From a candidate division WOR-3 bacterium (GTDB lineage: Bacteria > Hydrothermota > Hydrothermia > JBDRYB01): a stretch of DNA of 11,245 nt. The stretch is from contig JBMFOM010000041.1 of assembly GCA_049969615.1 (NCBI GenBank), forward strand, positions 1-11,245, written 5' to 3'. The notes beneath the pieces were generated by a model. The model saw only the letters and a program-made list of their open reading frames with translations. It made no database searches and was not told the origin of the DNA. Every line of letters starts with the position of its first letter. Within the stretch, counting starts at the first letter, position 1. A program made the translations under genes and the position numbers. Shown piece by piece: positions 1 to 6,755 of the stretch.

Positions 1-13
1 AAAGATTTTTCAT
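1..13 (-). CDS. Possible 5' start of a gene running off the left edge (MKNL...)
   Basis: CAT at 11-13 reads ATG AAA AAT CTT T on the minus strand, downstream of an AT-rich, promoter-like stretch. Only four codons are visible and there is no SD. Confidence 0.25.
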
Positions 14-120
14 ACAACGGATTTGTAATAAACGTGAAACTATTACTCAAGCCGAGGGAAGGGATAGCCGGGGTTCCGGATAACTACAAAAAATATTGGT
101 TTGACAGCTTTGACGATTTT

Positions 121-163
121 AAAAATAAAATAAAATAAAAGTCCCCGCCCTTTCAGGAGAGAA
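121..163 (-). terminator. Probable intrinsic terminator downstream of pgk
   Basis: Minus strand reads TTCTC-T-CCT-GAAA-GGG-C-GGGGA-C-TTTTATTTTATTTTATTTTT. This is an imperfect stem (several G-U pairs, one mismatch) with a GNRA loop and a long U-rich tail, about 160 nt after the pgk stop. Confidence 0.5.
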
Positions 164-321
164 ATTGAATGGAGGTATATAAGCTGAATCCCGCGGCCTG
201 GCGGCTGAATTAGCTGATGAGACCCATGATAAAGTAGCAATGTCCACGAAAACAGGTTTCCAGGAGGAAACGCCAAGAATGAGCCCTGTCCTGTCTGGCG
301 GCGTGTGCTTTCGGCAGGGAG

Positions 322-1497
322 CTATGCGTCCGGCAAAACCGAAAGCCCCGGCAGGTCAACGCCCCCAAGATACTCAAGGGTAGCCCCTCCACCGGTGGAG
401 ACATGGGAGAACTCCTCGTCGCTGAGGCCTGCCGAGTGTATAGCGGAAACCGTGTCCCCGCCGCCGGTAACCACAAAACAACCTCCCTTGACCATATCCC
501 GGAGGTAGTGGGCTATTTCCGTTGTTCCTTTTTCGTAGCCGGGCTTCTCAAAGACGCCGAGTGGGCCGTTCCAGAACACTGCTTTGGCGCCCTTCAGCTC
601 GGCCTCAAATAGGCTAACGGTCTCTGGGCCAATGTCAAAACCCGCCGCGTCTGCGGGTATATCAGGAGAGACAACGCCAGGCGCATCAGTGCTCTGCCCG
701 ACAACATGGTCAACCGGCAGGACCAAAACATCTTTCCACCTCCTAAGAGCCTCTTCGGCCCAACCGAGTGACTCCTCGTCAAGAATGCTTTTGCCGACCT
801 CCTTTCCGGCCGCCTTCAGGAATGTGTAGGCCATTCCACCGCCTATGAGAACCCTCTCCGCTTTCTCCAGCAGGGTTTCCATTACCCTTATCTTGTCCGA
901 GACCTTCGCGCCGCCCATCACCACGACAAAGGGTTTCTGCGGGGCCTCCCTAACCCTTGCCAGAGCGTCAACCTCTTTGGCCATGAGCAGTCCAGCGGCA
1001 CGGTCCTGGAACATGGTTGGCAGAAGATAGACCGAGGTGTCCTTCCTGTGTGCGGTGCCAAAGGCATCGTTAACATATACATCAGCGAGCGCGCGCAGCT
1101 CCCTCGCGAACCCTTCATCTCCTGCCTGCTCGCCGGGGTGGAACCTGAGGTTCTCCAGAAGAAAAACCTCGCCATCCCTAAGGCTTTCCGTTCCTTTCTG
1201 CGCCCCTGGCCCGATCAGAGCGCCCGTGAAAGCGACCTCAGAACCAAGCAGGTCTGAGAGCGCCTTTGCGACCGGCGCCATTGAGTACTTCGGTTCAGGC
1301 GCGCCCTTTGGTCTTCCAAGGTGGGAGGCAACGATGAGCCTGGCACCCTTTTCCATGAGGGCCTTTATTGTTGGGAGGGAGTTCCTTATCCGGTAGTCAT
1401 CCGCAACCCGTCCTCCCTCAAGGGGGACATTGAAATCCACCCTGAGGAAGACCCTTTTTCCCTTTAAATCCCCAAGAGCGTCTATGGTTCTTTTCAT
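322..1497 (-). CDS. pgk: Phosphoglycerate kinase
   Basis: Signature motifs RVDFNVP, SHLGRP, LLENLRFHPGE, VNDAFGTAHR, GGAKVSDKI, GGGMAYTF, DIGPET, WNGPLGVFE, GGGDT and HVSTGGGA. 391 aa, with SD AGGAGG 5 nt before the ATG. Confidence 0.99.
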   Translation of the reverse strand: MKRTIDALGDLKGKRVFLRVDFNVPLEGGRVADDYRIRNSLPTIKALMEKGARLIVASHLGRPKGAPEPKYSMAPVAKALSDLLGSEVAFTGALIGPGAQKGTESLRDGEVFLLENLRFHPGEQAGDEGFARELRALADVYVNDAFGTAHRKDTSVYLLPTMFQDRAAGLLMAKEVDALARVREAPQKPFVVVMGGAKVSDKIRVMETLLEKAERVLIGGGMAYTFLKAAGKEVGKSILDEESLGWAEEALRRWKDVLVLPVDHVVGQSTDAPGVVSPDIPADAAGFDIGPETVSLFEAELKGAKAVFWNGPLGVFEKPGYEKGTTEIAHYLRDMVKGGCFVVTGGGDTVSAIHSAGLSDEEFSHVSTGGGATLEYLGGVDLPGLSVLPDA

Positions 1498-1502
1498 GAT
1501 GT

Positions 1503-1508
1503 CCTCCT
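1503..1508 (-). promoter_or_regulatory. Shine-Dalgarno sequence of pgk (AGGAGG)
   Basis: CCTCCT on + at 1503-1508, with a 5-nt spacer to the ATG at 1497. Confidence 0.85.
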
Positions 1509-1524
1509 ATGGGACAGGCCGAAA

Positions 1525-1556
1525 ATTATAAGGCAAAGAGGGGTGGCCGGACGCAA
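1525..1556 (-). promoter_or_regulatory. Probable sigma70-type promoter of pgk
   Basis: Perfect -10 TATAAT (ATTATA on +, 1525-1530) just upstream of the SD. The nearest -35-like hexamer, TTGCGT (1551-1556), is 20 nt away, which is longer than optimal. Confidence 0.55.
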
Positions 1557-1712
1557 TCTCACGAGTTGCGATGACCCCTTCCCCAGATGTCATTTTTTTG
1601 GCCTATTCAAGTTGAGGCAAGGTTTTGGCGGTTTCGGAGCGAGAATTGATCTTCTCAAGTTATGACAAGAATTATGGGCATTCTAATACCACCCGGAGAA
1701 AGGATCACCAAC

Positions 1713-1743
1713 TTGCCTCCCATTGGCCTTTTAGCTTTACAAT
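1713..1743 (+). promoter_or_regulatory. Probable promoter for the Roadblock-domain gene (leaderless arrangement)
   Basis: -10 TACAAT at 1738-1743 lies 7 nt before ATG 1751. TTGCCT at 1713-1718 gives a 19-nt spacer. There is no SD in front of either ATG (1745, 1751). Confidence 0.5.
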
Positions 1744-1750
1744 TATGGCC

Positions 1751-2857
1751 ATGTCTGAGTTAAAACTTATAGTTGACCAAGCCGTGGAGGAAATGGGAGG
1801 GTGGAATGATGCGGCCATTGACAGGTGGTCTGAGCTCTCAGGGGTTGATGTAAGGGCCATAAACGATACCACACCGTTTGATATTGATGTGGCGAACAGG
1901 CTCCTGGCTACATTTCCACAGGTCCTGAAGGAGATGATGGCTGGGCCAGCCCCTCTTCCCCCTGAGGAACCCACCCCAGAAGAAGTGATCACAGAACTCT
2001 CAGAGATGGCCGAGGGCATCAGCGAGGCGCTGGATATGACCCCAGAGGAAACAAAGGCCCTGGAGGTCACCATACCAGAGGTGGACCTTGAACCCGGCCT
2101 GACTGAGGGGGCCCCCCCGGTGCCGGATGAGGTTCCGGTCAAAGAGGAACCCGCGATCCCAGAATCCTCCTCCATAGAGGCCCTGATAAGGGAACTGGAG
2201 AGCCTAGCCAGAGGCGTGGAACCGACCCTGAAGGAGGAGGTCTCATCCGAGGCCGCGGAAGAACCCCCTGTGCTCGCTGAGACCCCAGCCGAATCTGTGG
2301 CGCCAACAGAACCCCCTGCGACAGAGACCCCGGTGTCCGATGAGGGAATCATTACGGAGATAGCCGAAGAGATTCTCGCTGAGACACCAGAAGAGGTATC
2401 AGCTTCCCTTGAAACCCCCTCAGGGGAGATGCCGGCTCCGGATGAGGTCCCCAGCGCGGCCAGCTGGGAGGTTCCCGCGCCAGTAGCAGAGGAGCTGGAA
2501 AAGGCGGCCCGCATAATGGAAGAGATGGAGGTCTCTGAATACAACCTCTCTGCGATAGAAAAGGCTGTCCCCGGATTTCAGGCCGCTTGTGTCATCCGAG
2601 ACGGCAAGGTCGTCGCCAGGCACTCAAAACGGGATGTTGATTGGACAGCGCTTTCGCAGGTCGTTGCCGCGGCCAACGGGGTTTTCAGGGTATCTCTCGG
2701 CATAGGTGAACACAGCATTGACGAGCTGGTCATGGGTCTCGGCAACTTGTTCATACTCGGTTTTCCGGTCAGGGAAGCGCAGGTCATTGTCATAGTTAAG
2801 TCAGACAAGATCGGCGCGGCAAGGGCCTATGTATCCGCAGCCCTCAAGAACATATAG
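1751..2857 (+). CDS. Roadblock/LC7 (MglB-like) domain protein with N-terminal helical domain and long acidic Pro/Glu-rich linker
   Basis: The C-terminal ~105 aa (LSAIEKAVPGFQAACVIRDGKVVA...SIDELVMGLGNLFILGFPV...VIVIVKSDKIGAARAYVSAALKNI) follow the Roadblock helix-b-b-helix-b-b-b-helix pattern. The linker at ~1940-2539 is dominated by E, P, A, T and S. I moved the start from TTG 1625 to ATG 1751 (1745 is an alternative) because the upstream stretch looks like promoter DNA. Confidence 0.75.
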   Translation: MSELKLIVDQAVEEMGGWNDAAIDRWSELSGVDVRAINDTTPFDIDVANRLLATFPQVLKEMMAGPAPLPPEEPTPEEVITELSEMAEGISEALDMTPEETKALEVTIPEVDLEPGLTEGAPPVPDEVPVKEEPAIPESSSIEALIRELESLARGVEPTLKEEVSSEAAEEPPVLAETPAESVAPTEPPATETPVSDEGIITEIAEEILAETPEEVSASLETPSGEMPAPDEVPSAASWEVPAPVAEELEKAARIMEEMEVSEYNLSAIEKAVPGFQAACVIRDGKVVARHSKRDVDWTALSQVVAAANGVFRVSLGIGEHSIDELVMGLGNLFILGFPVREAQVIVIVKSDKIGAARAYVSAALKNI

Positions 2858-2897
2858 GCGTTTGTCTCCGGTTTCTTGAGGGTAGCAACCAGGTGTT

Positions 2898-4253
2898 ATG
2901 AAGCTATTCAATACAGCCACGGGTAAAAAAGAGGACTTCGTCCCAGTAAACGAGGGCAGGGTTGGCATATATGCTTGCGGGATGACCTTACAGTCAGAAC
3001 CCCATATGGGCCACATGCGAACATTTGTCTCGTTTGATACCGCGAGACGTTATTTATCCTACAAAGGATACCAGGTCATATTTGTCAGCAATTTCACTGA
3101 TATTGATGACAAAATAATAGAAAAAGCCAGGGAACGGGGAATTGACTGGCGTGAGATAGCCAGGGAAAACGAGCTTAAATACGAGCGCGGTGCGAGGGCC
3201 ATGAACCTCCTGCTGCCAACCCATCAGCCCAGGGCGACCCAGCACATACAGGAGATAATTGAGCTTGCCGAGAAACTTTTGATTGGTGGCCACGCATATG
3301 AAACATGCGGCAATGTCTGGTTCAGGGTGAGGAGCTTTCGTGACTACGGCAAATTATCCGGAAAGCCCCTGGACGAGCTCATTGACGGCGCCAGGGTTGA
3401 GCCAGACCCCTCAAAGGAGGACCCGGCTGACTTCGCGCTGTGGAAAGCGGCCAAGCCGGGCGAGCCATACTGGCATTCGCCGTGGGGAAAGGGTAGGCCC
3501 GGCTGGCACATAGAGTGCTCCGCCATGTCCGCGCACTATCTCGGTCAGCCATTTGACATCCACGGGGGCGGAGCTGATTTAATATTTCCTCACCACGAGA
3601 ACGAGAAGGCTCAATCCGAAGCCGCGGAAGGGGTTCAGTTTGCCAAATACTGGCTTCACTGTGGCCTTTTGCAGATAGGCGGCGAAAAGATGAGCAAATC
3701 CACCGGGAAATACTTTGCCCTGGACGCGGCCCTGGCTGATTTTGACCCGATGGCCCTCCGGCTCTATTTCCTAAAGCATCACTACCGCTCGCCCCTGAAC
3801 TTCACGGAAGAGGCCCTCCGCGATGCCTCCTCAGCTTGGGATAACCTCCGTGGAGCCTTTGCTGGGGCGAGGAGCATCCCGGACATAAGGGAGTTTTCGC
3901 CCCAGGTCGCCGAACGCATTCGGGCATTTGGCGAGGCAATGGACGATGACCTGAACACCCCTCGTGCCCTCGCGGAATGTTTCGGACTAGCGTCAGAGGC
4001 AAAATCCTCCTCTGGCGCCGAAAAAGGCGAGCGGATCGCGGCTCTGGCCATGCTCCTGTCCGTCCTGGGATTCAGAATAGAGAACGAGGGCGTTTCAGCT
4101 CTTGCCGAGGACCTGCTATCCCTAATAATAGACCTGAGGGCGGAGCTCAGGGCCAAAAAAGACTTTGTGCTATCAGACTCCATCCGCAACCGACTCTCTG
4201 GCCTGGGAATAACCCTTGAGGACACGCCGGCGGGCACGGTTTGGCATCTGTGA
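2898..4253 (+). CDS. cysS: Cysteine--tRNA ligase
   Basis: CGMT...HMGH (HIGH motif), NFTDIDDKII, DFALWK, SPWGKGRPGWHIECSAM, DIHGGGADLIFPHHENE, KMSKS, AMDDDLNTP, and an anticodon-binding tail RAELRAKKDFVLSDSIR. Confidence 0.99.
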   Translation: MKLFNTATGKKEDFVPVNEGRVGIYACGMTLQSEPHMGHMRTFVSFDTARRYLSYKGYQVIFVSNFTDIDDKIIEKARERGIDWREIARENELKYERGARAMNLLLPTHQPRATQHIQEIIELAEKLLIGGHAYETCGNVWFRVRSFRDYGKLSGKPLDELIDGARVEPDPSKEDPADFALWKAAKPGEPYWHSPWGKGRPGWHIECSAMSAHYLGQPFDIHGGGADLIFPHHENEKAQSEAAEGVQFAKYWLHCGLLQIGGEKMSKSTGKYFALDAALADFDPMALRLYFLKHHYRSPLNFTEEALRDASSAWDNLRGAFAGARSIPDIREFSPQVAERIRAFGEAMDDDLNTPRALAECFGLASEAKSSSGAEKGERIAALAMLLSVLGFRIENEGVSALAEDLLSLIIDLRAELRAKKDFVLSDSIRNRLSGLGITLEDTPAGTVWHL

Positions 4254-5056
4254 GTGGGATAATCCAATCAGTATCCGATCTCCTGGGAGAGATCCCTATC
4301 CGCGACCTTTTCTCCGGCTCCCTCATACTCCTCACCATAATTCTTCTCGGACTACAGAGGACAGGCCTGGTCCAGGATGTGCTCTGGGGCGCTGGGAGGG
4401 CGCTCCTGCAACTTCTCCTCATGGGAATCATACTAGCCTATGCTTTCAAGGTCCAGGGCCTTCTCTGGCAGGCGGGTTTCCTTCTGGCCATGGGTCTCTT
4501 TGCCGCCCAAACGGGGCAAGGTAGGCTGAAGGACCTTCCGGGAGGGTTCTGGATTGCCTACCTTTCGGTTATGGTGGGCGCTATGGCCGGACTGATTCCG
4601 TTGGTTCTAATGGGTATAATAAAGCCCATCCCACAGGAGACAATACCCGCCGGGGGCATGGCGATAGGCAACGCGCTGAACGGGGTGATCCTTGCACTGG
4701 AGAGGTTTGGTTCTGATGTCTCGTCCCAGTGGGAGAGGGTGGAGGCCGCGTTCGCACTTGGCGCGAACCGGAGCCAGGTCTCCTGGATCTTCAGGAAACA
4801 CGCGTTCTCTGCTGGAACCCTCAGCATGAGAAACAACATGAAAATAGTCGGTGTAATCCAGATACCTGGAACCATGGTCGGGATGATCCTGGCCGGAGCA
4901 AGCCCCATGAGGGCCGCGTTCATGCAACTGGCAATACTCTATATGCTAATTTTTGCAATAAGCATTTCAGTTTCGGTGGCCCTAGCAACAGGCGCGAGGG
5001 GATACCTGAGGTGGAGGCCCCCGGTTCACTTTTCACCAAGCTCAAGGAGCAGATAG
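4250..5056 (+). CDS. fetB: UPF0014 family ABC transporter permease (FetB/YbbM-like)
   Basis: Multi-pass hydrophobic protein with family motifs RALLQLLLMG, IPAGGMAIGNALN, VEAAFALGA and IPGTMVGMILAGASPMRAAFMQ. Start placed at GTG 4250, overlapping the cysS TGA (GTGA). The substrate cannot be determined from sequence. Confidence 0.85.
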   Translation: MSGIIQSVSDLLGEIPIRDLFSGSLILLTIILLGLQRTGLVQDVLWGAGRALLQLLLMGIILAYAFKVQGLLWQAGFLLAMGLFAAQTGQGRLKDLPGGFWIAYLSVMVGAMAGLIPLVLMGIIKPIPQETIPAGGMAIGNALNGVILALERFGSDVSSQWERVEAAFALGANRSQVSWIFRKHAFSAGTLSMRNNMKIVGVIQIPGTMVGMILAGASPMRAAFMQLAILYMLIFAISISVSVALATGARGYLRWRPPVHFSPSSRSR

Positions 5057-6732
5057 AACGGTCCCAACGCGTTTGCGGGGTCAGTTGGGGTGAAACAAAG
5101 GGCAACCTTTCCGCCGGATAGGGCCTCCAGATCAGTGCAATCGTGGCCCCTGTAACCCAGTCCATACCAGTTGAACTCCCCCCGTTTCCTACCCGAGACC
5201 GGATCAAGGAGGTCAAGGGTTCCTGCCCGACTCAGCCCCGCGAGGTCGCCCTTGTCAGTTAGCTGGATGTCCTTGTAGTCACCGCTTCTGACCCATGCGA
5301 GCGCGTAGTTAGCCACATCAAAGCAATAGACCCTCCCGCCAACGCTCATATATAGCAAGTCGCCGGCGTCGGAAAAAGCCAAATATGCGCTTTCGTCGCC
5401 AAGGGGGCGCATGATAACCTTTTGCCACATAAGTCCCTTCTCTCTGCCAAGGACATAGAGGGATCTCCCGTGGAAAATGGCGAGATACCTGCCGTCAGGA
5501 GAGAACGCGATAGCAGATGGGGGTCTGTTCTGGGAGGAGGGGCCTGTCCAGAGGAGGCTCCCATATTCCCAGAGCTTTGCGCCGGCCTCGTCATACATCA
5601 TTATCTTCCATGTTGTCGCGGTTGTCGCGCCGGTATCTGGATAAACGAAGACCGCGTTCTTATACGGAGAAACCAAGACTCTCCAGCCCTTTTTTAGGGT
5701 GGGCAGTTTTGGTTCAGGCAGTGTGTCAGTCCGGACGCTTTCCGGCGGCAGGGATGTCAAAAAACCCAGGTTTTTCATGGTCATCCAAGTGAACGCTGGA
5801 GGGCCAGTGTCCCTGACCATCACCTTCTCCTCATCTTCTGGCAAAAGCCTCCCTGCCCAGCTCTCCGGATTCCACCACGCGTCAAAACCCCTCATGTCCA
5901 CATGAACAAAGGGGGTCCTCTCCCTTTCCCAGTTGTATATCCCCATGCCAAAGATGTTGCCCCATTTGCCTTTGAGCCGTTCAACCGCGTCGGTTATTGC
6001 AAACGCGTCCAGGACATCAACCTTTCCATCCCGGTTCACATCATCCATATACCAGTCCTCGTCAAGATCGACCATGATATCCGTCGCGTCGCCATACTGG
6101 TGCCTTGACCACTTTCCCCTTCCCATTTTCTTGTTATACCATGGGGAGCGATAGGCAGAAACTATGCGAAACCTTGGCACGCCCAGGGTGTCCGCGAGCT
6201 CCTCCAGGAAGATCAACTGCTTCCTCTTTATGAACAGGTATCTGGGCCAGGTATCCGGCTGTGGACAAACGAACTCCCCCAGCTTGAACCTAGGGGATAT
6301 TGGCAGGTTAGCCAGGCTCTCTGTGACCATCACGAAACCGGGCGGGTGGGCATACTGTAGGGAGTTTCCCTCCACCATTGCAGACGCGCCCTTCGTCGGG
6401 TCGGGATAATCTCCTATGGGATAGCCTCTGAGCTTTCCCTTCTTCAGGGAGTCATATGGGATCATGGACAAGACCAGGATTGAATCCGGAAAGGCATCAG
6501 ACTTTATCCAGGAGGGCCGGGGTTCCTTTGGCGCTTCCCAGGTAGCATAACCCTTCTCTTTGTGCTTGAACTTGCCACCGGTACACTCCCACTTGACAGC
6601 GCCGGTGTCCGGGGGATTTTTCAGTTCTATGCGCAGGGTCTCACCCGGAAGGAGAAACCAAGCCACGGGGTCAGGCTCCCTGCCATTGATCAGGAAGGGG
6701 TTCACCCCAAGCAGGATAAGGGGAATTTTCAT
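5026..6732 (-). CDS. Peptidase M15A-like (D-Ala-D-Ala carboxypeptidase family) Zn metallohydrolase fused to a C-terminal WD40/PQQ-like beta-propeller
   Basis: ISPRFKLGEF, SAYRSPWYN, SRH211QYGDATD218 (HxxxxxxD) and FVH277VDMRG match the M15 Zn-site pattern. EF-hand-like insert DVNRDGKVDVLD. The C-terminal third has propeller-type strings such as AIAFSPDGRYLAI, LAFSDAGDLLY, GAKLWEY and VYCFDV...LAW. Confidence 0.8.
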   Translation of the reverse strand: MKIPLILLGVNPFLINGREPDPVAWFLLPGETLRIELKNPPDTGAVKWECTGGKFKHKEKGYATWEAPKEPRPSWIKSDAFPDSILVLSMIPYDSLKKGKLRGYPIGDYPDPTKGASAMVEGNSLQYAHPPGFVMVTESLANLPISPRFKLGEFVCPQPDTWPRYLFIKRKQLIFLEELADTLGVPRFRIVSAYRSPWYNKKMGRGKWSRHQYGDATDIMVDLDEDWYMDDVNRDGKVDVLDAFAITDAVERLKGKWGNIFGMGIYNWERERTPFVHVDMRGFDAWWNPESWAGRLLPEDEEKVMVRDTGPPAFTWMTMKNLGFLTSLPPESVRTDTLPEPKLPTLKKGWRVLVSPYKNAVFVYPDTGATTATTWKIMMYDEAGAKLWEYGSLLWTGPSSQNRPPSAIAFSPDGRYLAIFHGRSLYVLGREKGLMWQKVIMRPLGDESAYLAFSDAGDLLYMSVGGRVYCFDVANYALAWVRSGDYKDIQLTDKGDLAGLSRAGTLDLLDPVSGRKRGEFNWYGLGYRGHDCTDLEALSGGKVALCFTPTDPANALGPFYLLLELGEK

Positions 6733-6755
6733 TGCCTCATAAAAGGTGGCAATGG

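Noticed and set aside
120..140. (TAAAA)n short tandem repeat as a phase-variation tract
   Set aside because: Only about four units, intergenic, and adequately explained as the terminator U-tail.
165..228. Fluoride riboswitch-like GCTGATGA
   Set aside because: It lacks the 5' GGnGATGG hairpin and the pseudoknot-forming CTCC-type segment after GATGA, and there is no downstream plus-strand gene.
214..262. Hammerhead ribozyme-like CTGATGA...CGAAA
   Set aside because: Stem II does not close next to GAAA, stem III would need a 2-nt loop, and there is no complement for stem I.
43..476. Short ORFs 43..276 (-), 210..476 (-) and an ORF from ATG 240/279 (+)
   Set aside because: They overlap pgk or cross the terminator and poly(T) tract, and have no recognisable motifs.
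1625..1744. 40-aa N-terminal extension from TTG 1625
   Set aside because: No SD, composition unlike the rest of the protein, and it contains the probable promoter.
1705..2544. 279-aa Ser-rich minus-strand ORF
   Set aside because: Antisense shadow of the Glu/Pro-rich linker (GAG/GAA codons read as Ser-rich on the reverse strand), with no independent features.
2976..3014. CysS motif variant CGMTLQSEPHMGH suggesting a paralogue such as MshC
   Set aside because: The Zn ligands, KMSKS and the anticodon-binding domain are all intact, so this is most simply an ordinary CysRS variant.
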